NCBI GenBank assembly: GCA_964460715.1
Contig: CAYWRG010000018.1
Span: 773-64,772 of the forward strand
Source of the DNA: an uncultured Opitutus sp.
GTDB lineage: Bacteria > Verrucomicrobiota > Verrucomicrobiia > Opitutales > Opitutaceae
DNA: 64,000 nucleotides
Direction of reading: 5' to 3'
Position 1 is the first letter of the stretch. Each line of letters begins with the position of its first letter. The translations under genes were made by a program, and so were the position numbers. Under the pieces are notes generated by a model that was not told the origin of the DNA, did no database searches, and worked only from the letters and a program-made list of their open reading frames with translations. Shown here in pieces: positions 1 to 8,541 of this stretch.

Positions 1-792
1 TTCGGCCGGGGCGGCAGCCTCGTCGGGCAGCGTGATCCGCATCATGAGGAACAGCTCCTTTTCACCGCGGCGCATGGCCAGCACACGGTGCGACGGGGCC
101 TTGGCCAGCGGCTCAGCCCAGTCGAAGTAGTCCTTGAATTTGGCGCCCTCGGCTTCCTTGCCGGTGAGGACCTTCGAGGAGATCACCGCGTTGGTGCGGT
201 AGAGGCCGCGGAGTTTTTCGCGGGCGTTGGCGTCGTCCGCGATGCGCTCGGCAAGGATGTCGCGGGCACCGGCGAGGACCTGCTCCGTATTTTCGATTTT
301 CGATTTTTTATTTTCGAATTCAACCTCACGGCCAATGTAGGGCTGGGCGTCGGCAATGGGGTCCGTGGTGGGGTCCTGGGCCCACAGCAGTTCGGCCAGC
401 GGCTCGAGGCCGAGTTCCTTGGCGATGGTGGCGCGGGTGCGCTTCTTGGGCCGATAGGGGAGGTAGATGTCCTCTAGCTTGGTCATCGTCGTGGCGGCGT
501 TGAGCGCGCCCTCGAGTTCCGGCGTGAGGAGGCCGCGTTCCTTGAGCGAGGCGACGATGGCGAGGCGGCGCTCATCAAGCTGCGTCATCTGCTCCATGCG
601 GTCGCGGATGGCCATGACGGCGACCTCATCCAGCTCACCGGTCACCTCCTTACGGTAACGGGCGATGAAGGGCACCGTGGCGCCCTCCTTGATGAGCTGT
701 GCGGTCGCGGCGACCTGGTGAACCTTGAGGGAAAGCTCCTGCGCGATGCGCAGCACGTGGTCGGGATTGGGCAGATCCGGGGTGGCGGTCAT
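1..792 (-). CDS. tex: Tex-like RNA-binding transcription accessory protein, N-terminal 264 codons (gene runs off the window start)
   Basis: Own reverse-strand translation from the ATG (complement of 790-792): MTATPDLPNPDHVLRIAQELSLKVHQVAATAQLIKEGATVPFIARYRKEVTGELDEVAVMAIRDRMEQ... The EGATVPFIARYRKE block is the conserved Tex/YhgF N-terminal signature. The frame stays open to position 1. It is absent from the ORF track because there is no stop codon inside the window. Confidence 0.8.
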   Translation of the reverse strand, partial: MTATPDLPNPDHVLRIAQELSLKVHQVAATAQLIKEGATVPFIARYRKEVTGELDEVAVMAIRDRMEQMTQLDERRLAIVASLKERGLLTPELEGALNAATTMTKLEDIYLPYRPKKRTRATIAKELGLEPLAELLWAQDPTTDPIADAQPYIGREVEFENKKSKIENTEQVLAGARDILAERIADDANAREKLRGLYRTNAVISSKVLTGKEAEGAKFKDYFDWAEPLAKAPSHRVLAMRRGEKELFLMMRITLPDEAAAPAE

Positions 793-892
793 GAAAAGGA
801 TGCGTGAGTGCAACTACTTGACCGTCATGGGCAAGGGCAAAACCCAAGGAAATTTGCTGCAGGATTCTCTCTTTTGTGTACTATCTATATCA

Positions 893-1387
893 ATGAACCG
901 TATATTCATGCTCTTCTTGTTCGCAGGGGCGCTGTTGCGTGCCGAGCCCGCGGCGTGGAATCCGATCGAACAGCAGGTGGCTGCGATCGCTCAAGGGCCG
1001 CAGGTGACCGTGGTCCACTTCTGGGCCTCCTGGTGCTCAAACTGCAAGGCGGAGCATGCGGATGGCGGCTGGCGGGAGTTCGCCGCGGCGAATCCGGACG
1101 TGAGGGTGATCTTCATCTCCGTCTGGGGCAGCGCCGAGGATGACGCCGCACTGCTCGAGGGCTACGGGCTGAGTGGGCTTTCCAATTTCACGGCGCTGCG
1201 TCACCCGGACCAGAAGCGCGCGCGGGCCGAGCGAATCGGGTCCTTCATGGATCTGCCGGTCTCGTGGGTGCCCACGACGTGGGTGCTCAAGGACGGCAAG
1301 CTGCGGTTCGCCTTCAATTACGGCGAGGTGCGCTTCCCGATGCTGCAGCAGCTGGTCGCGGATTCCCGCGACGTGTGGAAGCACTGA
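893..1387 (+). CDS. TlpA-like thioredoxin-fold thiol-disulfide oxidoreductase (secreted)
   Basis: Internal ATG at 893 of track ORF 725..1387 gives a signal-like N-terminus, MNRIFMLFLFAGALLRAEPAAW. CxxC motif in VVHFWASWCSNCKAEH, typical of the redoxin/TlpA family. Confidence 0.75.
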   Translation: MNRIFMLFLFAGALLRAEPAAWNPIEQQVAAIAQGPQVTVVHFWASWCSNCKAEHADGGWREFAAANPDVRVIFISVWGSAEDDAALLEGYGLSGLSNFTALRHPDQKRARAERIGSFMDLPVSWVPTTWVLKDGKLRFAFNYGEVRFPMLQQLVADSRDVWKH

Positions 1388-1423
1388 CCGCGCACTTGCG
1401 CGGAAATCCGAAGGACGAAGCTC

Positions 1424-1462
1424 GAATGACGAATCAGGCGAGCTGGCCTGATTTCGTCATTC
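1424..1462. repeat. Imperfect hairpin between convergent genes (possible bidirectional terminator)
   Basis: gaatgacgaatcagg (1424-1438) / loop cgagctgg / cctgatttcgtcattc (1447-1462), with one bulged base. An outer gaaatccgaa ... ttcggatttc pairing flanks it. It lies between the stop at 1387 (+) and the stop at 1508 (-). Confidence 0.5.
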
Positions 1463-1507
1463 GGATTTCGGGCTTCGGGCTTCCCGTCCGGCGAAGCCGG
1501 GCGGGTG

Positions 1508-2623
1508 CTACTTTGCCGCAGTGCGCGGGGCGAGTTCGACGGCGTCGCCGGCGCGAAGCAGGGCGTTCGGGTTGACCACGATCTGGAGGTCGGGCGTCAG
1601 TCCGCTGGAGGTGACTTCGACGTTGGGGCCGAGATTTCGGCCCGACTTGACCTCGACAAAGGCGATCTTGCCGTCGCGCACGACCGCGAGTGAGGCCTGA
1701 CCGTTGCGGACAAGCAGCGTGTTGGTCGGGACCAGAAAGGTTCCGGCGGCGGGCGGGATCGAGAAGACGACCGTGCCCGTGAGGCCGGCGGGGACGAGGA
1801 GATCCTTGTTATCGATGACCAACTCGACGCGCATGGTGCCGGAGGCCGGATCGAAGATCCGGCTCGTACGGGCGATCTTGGCCGGGAAAGTCTGGCCGGG
1901 GAACTCGGCGAAACGGACGGAGGCGGATTGCTCGGGCTTCAGGCGGAGGGCGAGATCGGGGCCGGCGTTGAGGGTCACGCGCAGGGTGTCGAGGCGGACC
2001 AGACGGTAGAGCCAGCCCTCGGCGGTGGCGGAGTCGCCGCGCACGCGATCACCACGATCAAAATTGCGTCCGGCGACGACGGCGTCGAATGGGGCGCGCA
2101 CGGTCGCGAACTTCTGCTGCTCTTCCAACCGGGCCAGACTGGCTTCGGCGACGCGCACGGCGGCCTCGAGTTCCGCCGTGGTGGCGAGACGCTGGTCGTA
2201 GTCTTCCTGCGAAATGGCGCGCGAGGACAGCAGGCCGGCGGAGCGGTCGGAAAGCCGGCGGGCGCTGAGCGCGCGGGCCGTGGCCTGCTCGACCGTGGCG
2301 CGCGCGGCTTCGACCGAGCGGTCGATCTCCGGGGCGTCGATCACGGCGAGGATGTCGCCGGCCTTGACCTGATCGCCGATGTCGAAGCGGCGTTCCTTCA
2401 CCATGCCTGTCGCGCGGGTAAAAATGAGGACGGACTCATACGCTTCGGTGCGTCCGGGCAAATCCACGGATTGGTTGGCGCTTGCCGCGGTCGGCGTCAC
2501 GGTGCGCACGACGGGACGTGCCGGGGCGGGACCACCGGAGCTGGCGGGTTGAGCCGGGAGGAACGTTGGGCTGGCGAGCAGGGCGCCGAGCAGGGCGCCG
2601 CGAAGGAGGAGCGAGGACTTCAT
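1508..2623 (-). CDS. RND efflux periplasmic adaptor subunit (HlyD/MFP family)
   Basis: 371 aa with a signal peptide (MKSSLLLRGALLGALLASPTFLPAQ). Lipoyl-like and coiled-coil hairpin regions (GDILAVIDAPEIDRSVEAARATVEQATARA...) followed by beta-barrel/MP domains, typical of MFPs. It lies directly downstream of the RND pump gene. Confidence 0.85.
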   Translation of the reverse strand: MKSSLLLRGALLGALLASPTFLPAQPASSGGPAPARPVVRTVTPTAASANQSVDLPGRTEAYESVLIFTRATGMVKERRFDIGDQVKAGDILAVIDAPEIDRSVEAARATVEQATARALSARRLSDRSAGLLSSRAISQEDYDQRLATTAELEAAVRVAEASLARLEEQQKFATVRAPFDAVVAGRNFDRGDRVRGDSATAEGWLYRLVRLDTLRVTLNAGPDLALRLKPEQSASVRFAEFPGQTFPAKIARTSRIFDPASGTMRVELVIDNKDLLVPAGLTGTVVFSIPPAAGTFLVPTNTLLVRNGQASLAVVRDGKIAFVEVKSGRNLGPNVEVTSSGLTPDLQIVVNPNALLRAGDAVELAPRTAAK

Positions 2624-2645
2624 GAAAAGAAGGGGGAGAAGGGAC

Positions 2646-5600
2646 TTAGAGCGTGCGAGCCGGCGCTGGGGCGAGATCGCCGGAAACCGCGGACTGCATG
2701 GCGGTCTTGCGCACGCGGCCGCGCACGGCGGCGAAGGCGACGGGCACGAGGAAGAGCGAGGCGCAGGTGCCGAAGACGAGGCCGCCGATGACGGCGCGAC
2801 CGAGCGGCGCGTTCTGTTCGCCGCCTTCCGCGTGACCCAGCGCCATGGGGATGACGCCGAGGATCATCGCGAGCGCGGTCATGATGACGGGGCGCAGGCG
2901 CGTGGTCGCGGCCTCGATCGCCGCGTCAAAGGCGCTGAGCCCGTCATTGAAGCGGTCGCGGGCAAAGCTGCTCACGAGCACGCTGTTGGCGGTCGAGACG
3001 CCGACCACCATGATGATGCCCATCAGTGCGGGGACGCTGAGCGGGGTGCCGGTGAGCCAGAGTGAGCAGAGCGCGCCGGACACGGCAACCGGGAGGCCGC
3101 TGATGGCGACGAAGGGGAGGGCCCACGACTGGAAGTTCACCACCATGACGAGGAACACGAGCACGGCCGCGAGGCCGAGGCCGCCGATCAGCTCTGAATA
3201 GGCGGAGCGCATGAGCGCGGCCTGGCCCGCGAGTTCGATGCGGTTGCCCGGGGCGAGCTTGGTCCGCAGGTCGGCGAGGATTTTCTCGAGGTCGCCGGCG
3301 ACGCCACCGAGGTCGCGCCCGGCCGCGTTGGCGACGACAGTCAGCGTCGGCAGCAGCGTGGTGCGGGACAGGCTGGCGGGGCCGCGTGTCTCGACGAGCG
3401 AGGCGAACGTGCGCAGCGGGACAGGCGAGCCGTTTCCAGTGGAGGGGCGGATCGGCAGATTGAGCAGCTGCTCGGTCGAGGTCAGATTCGCGGGAGGGGC
3501 GATGATCTGGACGTCGTAGGACGAGCCGGTGATGGCATCTCCCCAGAAATTCGGTGCGACCGTGCCGCCGCTGCCGAGCGCGGCGAGCAGGGCGGTCGCG
3601 GCGTCCTGCTGGTTGATGCCGAGCGCGGCGGCGCGGATGCGATCGATGCGGATCGAATAACGCGGCTGGTCGAGCACCTCCCGTAGCGTGATGTCGGTGG
3701 CGCCGGGCACTTCGGCGAGGCGCTGCTGGAGTTCGCGGGCGAGCGCGAGATTGGCGGGCGTGTTGCGACCGATGAAGCGCACCTCGAAGGTCGTGGGCGC
3801 GCCGGAGGCAAGCGTCTGGCTGGTCGCGTCCGCGGGACGGAAGAAGCTCTGGATGCGCGGAAACTTCTCGACGAGCATGGCGCGGATCCGCTCCACGTAG
3901 ACCTCGGACGGACCGTGCTCAGGTGCGAGCTGGACGAGGATTTCGCCGTCGGCCGAGCTGATGGCGGTGGTTTCGACCCACGCCTGATTGACCGCGGACG
4001 GGGCGCCGATGTTTTCCACCACGAACTGAAGCTCCTCGGCTGGAATGATGGTGCGGATCTCGCGCTGGATGTCGGCGAGGACCGTCGCAGTGTCGTCGAG
4101 GCGCAGGCCGCTCTGGCTGCGCACGAACAGGCGGATCAGGCCGGCGTCCGTCTTGGGGAAGAATTCGCGACCGGACTGCAGGGCGGCGAAGGCCCCCAGG
4201 CCAACAGCCAGGCCGACCGGGACGAGGACGAGGGATTTGCGGCGGAGCAGGCGCTTGAGGACATTGCCCTGCCGGGTGGAGAGCGTGTCCATCATGCCCT
4301 CGATCGCATGGTGGATGCGACCGAGCCCGCGCGGCGGCTGGCCTTCGCGGCTGCGCTCGGCGCGCAGTTCGGCGGGGAGAATGATCGACGCGAGCGTGGG
4401 GACGAGGGTGCGCGCGAGCAGGTAGCTGGCGCCCATCGCGAACACGACCGCGAGCGCAAGCGGACGGAACACGTCGGCCGCCGTGCCGGTGAGGAGGAAG
4501 ATCGGCAGGAAGACGATGCAGATCGCGAGGGTGGAAACGAACTCCGGGAAGGCGACCTCCTTGGCGCCATCGACGATGGCGGTGCGCACGTCCTTGCCGA
4601 GGCCGATCTGGCGCTTGATGTTCTCGATTTCGACCAGCGCGTTGTCGACGAGGATGCCGATCGCGAGGGCGAGGCCGCCCAGCGTCATGAGGTTGAACGT
4701 CGCGCCAGTGAGGCTGAGTCCGATGACCGAGCAGAGCAGCGCGAGGGGAATGGACGTGAGAACGATGAAGGTCGAACGCGGGGAGCCGAGGAAGAGCAGC
4801 ACCACCGCGGCGACGAGGCCGCCGACGAGGAGGATCTCATGCTCGACGCCCTTGACGGCGGCGCGGACGAAGACCGACTGGTCGAAGATAGGCTCAACCG
4901 TCAGGCCGGGAGGCGCGGACTCGCGGATCTCCGGCATGCGGGCCATGATGCCGTCGATGATGTCGACGGTGGAGGCGTTGCCCAGTTTGAGGATGGCGAC
5001 CATCACGGCGTTCTGGCCGTTGAGGCGCGCGATGTTGGTCATGACCGCCTCGCCGTCGCGGACATTGGCTAGATCGCGCAGGAGGATCATGCGTCCGTCG
5101 ACGACCCGGATCGGGAGTTCAAGGAAGGCTTGGATCGTCTCGGGGCTGGCGTTGAGTTCGACCGCCATCTCGCGATCGCCCTCGCGCAGATTGCCCGCCG
5201 GAAGCGTGAGGTTCTGCCGGCTGACCGCGCCGCTGACGTCGGCGGCGGAGAGGCCGAAGGCGCTGAGGGCCTGCGGATCGAGGTCGATCATGACTTGGCG
5301 GGCGGCGCCGCCGTAGGGCAGCGTGATGCGCATGCCAGGGACGCTCTGGAGCTGGGCGCGGAGGGTGAGACGGGCGTAGTCGAAGAGCTGACCGTTCGTC
5401 ATCGTGTCGGACGAGATCACGAGCTGGACGATCGGCACGCTGGACGGGCTGGTGCGCACGATGATCGGCGGGCTCGTGCCGGTGGGCATGCGGCGCAGGA
5501 TTGTCTGGGAAATGGCGGCGGTCTGCGCGAGCGCGGTGTTCATGTCCGCGTAGGGCTGGAAGCGGAGTTTGACCAAGGCGACGCCATTGGAGGTCTCGGA

Positions 5601-5846
5601 GCGGACCTCGAGCAGATCGTCGACGTTGTTCATCACCGCCGTTTCGGAGAACGAGGTGATCTTGGCGCTCATTTCGGCGGCATTGAGGCCGCCGTAGTTC
5701 CAGACGAGGGTGATTTCCGGCGCATCGACGCGCGGCAGGATGTCGGTCGACATGCGGCGACCCGAGAGCACGCCGAAGAGTAGGATCAGGATGGCGAGGA
5801 CGCCGATCGTGTACTTATACCGCAGCGCAAAGAGGACGATCCACAT
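2646..5846 (-). CDS. RND family efflux transporter permease (AcrB/AcrD/AcrF-like)
   Basis: 1066 aa. N-terminus MWIVLFALRYKYTIGVLAILILLFGVLSG. 12-TM architecture with two large periplasmic loops. Conserved GILVDNALVEIENI and VGVSTANSVLVSSFA segments. Confidence 0.9.
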   Translation of the reverse strand: MWIVLFALRYKYTIGVLAILILLFGVLSGRRMSTDILPRVDAPEITLVWNYGGLNAAEMSAKITSFSETAVMNNVDDLLEVRSETSNGVALVKLRFQPYADMNTALAQTAAISQTILRRMPTGTSPPIIVRTSPSSVPIVQLVISSDTMTNGQLFDYARLTLRAQLQSVPGMRITLPYGGAARQVMIDLDPQALSAFGLSAADVSGAVSRQNLTLPAGNLREGDREMAVELNASPETIQAFLELPIRVVDGRMILLRDLANVRDGEAVMTNIARLNGQNAVMVAILKLGNASTVDIIDGIMARMPEIRESAPPGLTVEPIFDQSVFVRAAVKGVEHEILLVGGLVAAVVLLFLGSPRSTFIVLTSIPLALLCSVIGLSLTGATFNLMTLGGLALAIGILVDNALVEIENIKRQIGLGKDVRTAIVDGAKEVAFPEFVSTLAICIVFLPIFLLTGTAADVFRPLALAVVFAMGASYLLARTLVPTLASIILPAELRAERSREGQPPRGLGRIHHAIEGMMDTLSTRQGNVLKRLLRRKSLVLVPVGLAVGLGAFAALQSGREFFPKTDAGLIRLFVRSQSGLRLDDTATVLADIQREIRTIIPAEELQFVVENIGAPSAVNQAWVETTAISSADGEILVQLAPEHGPSEVYVERIRAMLVEKFPRIQSFFRPADATSQTLASGAPTTFEVRFIGRNTPANLALARELQQRLAEVPGATDITLREVLDQPRYSIRIDRIRAAALGINQQDAATALLAALGSGGTVAPNFWGDAITGSSYDVQIIAPPANLTSTEQLLNLPIRPSTGNGSPVPLRTFASLVETRGPASLSRTTLLPTLTVVANAAGRDLGGVAGDLEKILADLRTKLAPGNRIELAGQAALMRSAYSELIGGLGLAAVLVFLVMVVNFQSWALPFVAISGLPVAVSGALCSLWLTGTPLSVPALMGIIMVVGVSTANSVLVSSFARDRFNDGLSAFDAAIEAATTRLRPVIMTALAMILGVIPMALGHAEGGEQNAPLGRAVIGGLVFGTCASLFLVPVAFAAVRGRVRKTAMQSAVSGDLAPAPARTL

Positions 5847-5992
5847 GGTGAAATTGGAGAAGGAAGAAGGTGCCCGGGTGTGGCCTTTTGGCAGAGGCGT
5901 TTCGGTCGCAGGCTAAAACCGGGATGGATGAGAGCAGGAATGGTGCTCATTTAGTCCCGGAGTTGGCGGAAAGCGTGTGACAGTCGAGAAAC

Positions 5993-6026
5993 GCAAAAAC
6001 CTCCGGTACCCGAAGGCGCCGGAGGT
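5993..6026 (-). terminator. Rho-independent terminator downstream of ssrA
   Basis: On the minus strand: ACCTCCGG-cgccttcgggta-CCGGAGGT followed by TTTTTG. It sits about 50 nt after the tmRNA 3' end. Confidence 0.7.
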
Positions 6027-6078
6027 CTTGCGTGCTTGCGCACCGCACATTCTGCCCGAGACGGATAAAATGTGTAAG

Positions 6079-6433
6079 TGGTGGAGGTGGCGGGATTTGA
6101 ACCCGCGTCCCCCCGGCTTTTGCGTACCGCGTCTACCCGTATAGTGTTGGTTTGGTCTCGCCGGCGTTACGCGACAACACGCGCTTAATCGCCAGCCAAT
6201 CCCCGGGTCGAAGTACGGTGCGCAAACCGCGGATCGCTCCGCGCACTATGCCTGCTATCGTCGTCCACATCAGCTAGCAGGTGTCGCTGGGCGGACGTCA
6301 CTGCATTATTAGGCAGCGAGGGGCATTTCTTCGTAGGTGCCGTTTGTTTGTTTTGAAGGATGATTTGCGAGAGGCCTTCACTCTCGACGGGCAACGGTAC
6401 ACGCCAACCGAGGGTCGAATCCAGAACACCCCC
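6079..6433 (-). ncRNA. ssrA: tmRNA (SsrA), about 355 nt
   Basis: Minus strand 5' end GGGGGTGTTCTGGATTCGACCCTCGG. 3' end GGACGCGGGTTCAAATCCCGCCACCTCCACCA, with T-loop GGTTCAAATCC and terminal CCA. 7-bp acceptor stem with G3:U. Internal tag frame ends ...GAA GAA AUG CCC CUC GCU GCC UAA UAA (6306-6368). Confidence 0.95.
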
Positions 6434-6569
6434 AAAATGGGAGAGGTCAGAGGCCGGAAGCCAGAGACCGGAGGTCGGAAGGACCGATTGGTGGGAACCA
6501 ATCAAAGAACAGGAAGGAAGACGTTACCGGCGGATTCCGGTAACGCAAGCGTGGCGAGCGTACCGACCT

Positions 6570-6697
6570 GATCGTTCTTCGTTCTCGTTATCTTTCTCGT
6601 TCTCCTGGATTGAGATCGGATCGACTGCATCCGGCAGGGCCAAGCTCTGGGGCGGAGGGGCTGAGAACGAGAACGAAGAATGAGGAACGAGAACGAT
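6570..6697. repeat. Inverted/tandem GAACGA-type repeats upstream of ssrA
   Basis: ttcttcgttctcgtt (around 6575-6589) is the reverse complement of aacgagaacgaagaa (around 6666-6680). Additional copies of ctcgttctc / gaacgagaac occur on both sides. Confidence 0.6.
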
Positions 6698-6703
6698 TTG
6701 GGC

Positions 6704-7108
6704 CTACTCCGCCCGGTAACTCGCGATCACCGGCAGATCGGCCGGCGCCAGATCGTAGCGGGGGAGTTCGTCCACGGTGGCCCAGGCGAGTGCCGAGTGC
6801 TCGGTTGCGGTGGGTTCGGCGCTGGCGGGGGTCAGGCGCACAACAAAGGGAATCATCTCGATGACCACCGTGCCGTAGTCGTACACGAACGGCGGGAGCG
6901 GTCGCACGATGGCGATGGTGCAGCCGAGTTCCTCCTGGATCTCGCGGAGGATGGCGGCTGCGGCGGTTTCCCCCGGCTCGACCTTGCCGCCGGGAAATTC
7001 CCACTTGTGGCCGAGGTGCTTGTGGGCCGGGCGTCGCGCGATCAGGACGCGGCCCTCCCGTTCGATCAGGGCGCAGACCACGGGAATGATGGGAGCGGGC
7101 GGCGACAC
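6704..7108 (-). CDS. Nudix hydrolase (MutT-like, 8-oxo-dGTP diphosphatase family)
   Basis: C-terminal 134 codons of track ORF 6704..8017. Nudix box GGKVEPGETAAAAILREIQEELG preceded by VVCALIEREGRVLIARRP. Start is a tentative in-frame GTG at 7108; the upstream 300 codons are Arg/Gly-rich junk. Confidence 0.8.
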   Translation of the reverse strand: MSPPAPIIPVVCALIEREGRVLIARRPAHKHLGHKWEFPGGKVEPGETAAAAILREIQEELGCTIAIVRPLPPFVYDYGTVVIEMIPFVVRLTPASAEPTATEHSALAWATVDELPRYDLAPADLPVIASYRAE

Positions 7109-7231
7109 GGCGTTTCTTACCCGAGAGGACGGAGGGGGAGGGTGATCGAGGCAACGTTTTGTCGCGCACAGACCGCGATCGGTTCCGGATCGGTTGCTGC
7201 AACTTTTTCGGGTGATCCGGGTTCTTGAACC

Positions 7232-7549
7232 ATGAACACCTTCCTTAAGACCTCCCTCAAGGTCCTGCTCGTTGTCCTCGCGGCGATCCTCCTGATCAAG
7301 CTCCTGCCGATTCTGGCGATCCCGCTGTTCCTCGCAATCGGCCTCATTCTCGGCGTTGGCGGTCTCCTCGCGGGCGGTCTGGCGATCGCGGCCACCGCGG
7401 TTGTTGCCACGGTGCTGGGCTTGGTCGTGGCGGCCCTCGCCGTCGTGGGCGTCCTTTCGCCGATCTGGGTGCCGGTCCTTGCGATCGTCGGGATCATCGC
7501 CCTGTTCCGCAAGCTGTCCAACCGCCCGGAGGTCGCCGCTGTGGTCTGA
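7232..7549 (+). CDS. Small hydrophobic membrane protein, unknown function
   Basis: 105 aa, about 3 TM segments. Strong G/C preference at third codon positions. Followed by its own strong terminator at 7576-7617. Confidence 0.6.
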   Translation: MNTFLKTSLKVLLVVLAAILLIKLLPILAIPLFLAIGLILGVGGLLAGGLAIAATAVVATVLGLVVAALAVVGVLSPIWVPVLAIVGIIALFRKLSNRPEVAAVV

Positions 7550-7575
7550 TCGGCCCTCTGCCAAAATCGTCACCC

Positions 7576-7617
7576 GAGCCGATGTCACGCAAGACGTGAC
7601 ATCGGCTCTTTGCTTTT
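7576..7617 (+). terminator. Rho-independent terminator
   Basis: Perfect 14-bp stem gagccgatgtcacg / cgtgacatcggctc, loop caaga, then tttgctttt. Confidence 0.85.
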
Positions 7618-7660
7618 GGCGTGGCGTTGGTGACAGCGGGTGCCTCAATCGGCGGCCATC

Positions 7661-8368
7661 ATGGCGAAGGCGGCGGGCAATCCGCAGGCATACCTCTCTC
7701 ACATCAGCTTGATCGGCCGCGGTGGCGGCGCGTTCAAGACGCTGCGCGGCTTCGATAAGAGCCGGCACACCGTGCCGGACGCCGTCAACACGGCCACGAG
7801 CGGATTTCTCGCCAAGCTGGCCGCGCCGGAACTGGCCGCGGAGGCGGAGGATTTTTTCCAACGGGCCAAGGCCGCGCTGGATTACAAGCGCAAGGACCTG
7901 AGTCTCGATGTCACGACCCCGCTGGCGGTGCTCGCGGCGCGCGATTTTACGCTCGAGATTGCCTACGCGCTGGAGGAGTCCGATCCCGCGACCTACACCA
8001 TCACGCGCACCCTCCACAGCCTGCGGTCGGCGGCGCTCGTCGAAGTGCCCGCGTTTGACGGGCTGTTCGCCGGTGGCTTTACGGGCATCGTGTTTGCGCT
8101 CGTGAAAGGGGTCCAGGTTGAGGCGGTGATTGATGCCGTGGAAGGATTGGACGAGGACGCCGGCCTGCGCGTGGCGTATCCGTCAGATTGCCGGCACTGC
8201 ACGCTATCGGTGGCAGGCGTCGAGGCCGAGGTGATCTGTGACGGTGCGACGGTGGAGATGCGTTTTCCGCGAGCGGGCTCACCGCGGGAATTGATCGCGG
8301 CGTTTGTGGCGGTGCGCGACGCCTTCGCCCTGAGCAAGGCCAAGCCGCTTAGCGGGCTGCTTGGGTAG
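7661..8368 (+). CDS. Hypothetical protein (no recognisable domain)
   Basis: Track ORF 7640..8368. First ATG at 7661 (MAKAAGNPQAYLSH...). Coding-like composition. No motif I can name. Confidence 0.55.
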   Translation: MAKAAGNPQAYLSHISLIGRGGGAFKTLRGFDKSRHTVPDAVNTATSGFLAKLAAPELAAEAEDFFQRAKAALDYKRKDLSLDVTTPLAVLAARDFTLEIAYALEESDPATYTITRTLHSLRSAALVEVPAFDGLFAGGFTGIVFALVKGVQVEAVIDAVEGLDEDAGLRVAYPSDCRHCTLSVAGVEAEVICDGATVEMRFPRAGSPRELIAAFVAVRDAFALSKAKPLSGLLG

Positions 8369-8430
8369 GTGTGGACGTGCGTCGGCATCCGGGTCCGCTC
8401 CAGCGAGGGCGATTTGAATCGGAGTATGGT

Positions 8431-8541
8431 CACGAAAAACACGAAGTAGCCTAGAGGTTGGTTTCGTCCATCTCACGGCCCCCTATAGGGCGCTCGGACG
8501 TGGTATCGACGGCGAGCCAGACAATTTTTGTGTTTCTCGTG
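8431..8541. repeat. Inverted repeat of CACGAAAAACAC type in a 330-nt untranslated region
   Basis: cacgaaaaacacgaa (8431-8445) versus the reverse complement of tttgtgtttctcgtg (8527-8541) matches 13/15. The motif resembles the arms of the hairpins at 11085 and 11795. Confidence 0.45.

Noticed and set aside
5847-6433. tmRNA 3' end as the attachment site of a genomic island (the RND efflux genes downstream)
   Set aside because: There is no integrase and no duplicated copy of the ssrA 3' end (no second ...TTCAAATCCCGCCACCTCCACCA). The RND region shows no compositional shift.
7109-8017. N-terminal 300 codons of track ORF 6704..8017 (which would make a 437-aa Nudix fusion)
   Set aside because: The upstream part is Arg/Gly/Asp-rich low-complexity sequence. 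It runs antisense through the 105-aa membrane ORF, its terminator and the start of the next gene. Only the last roughly 134 codons look like a Nudix protein.
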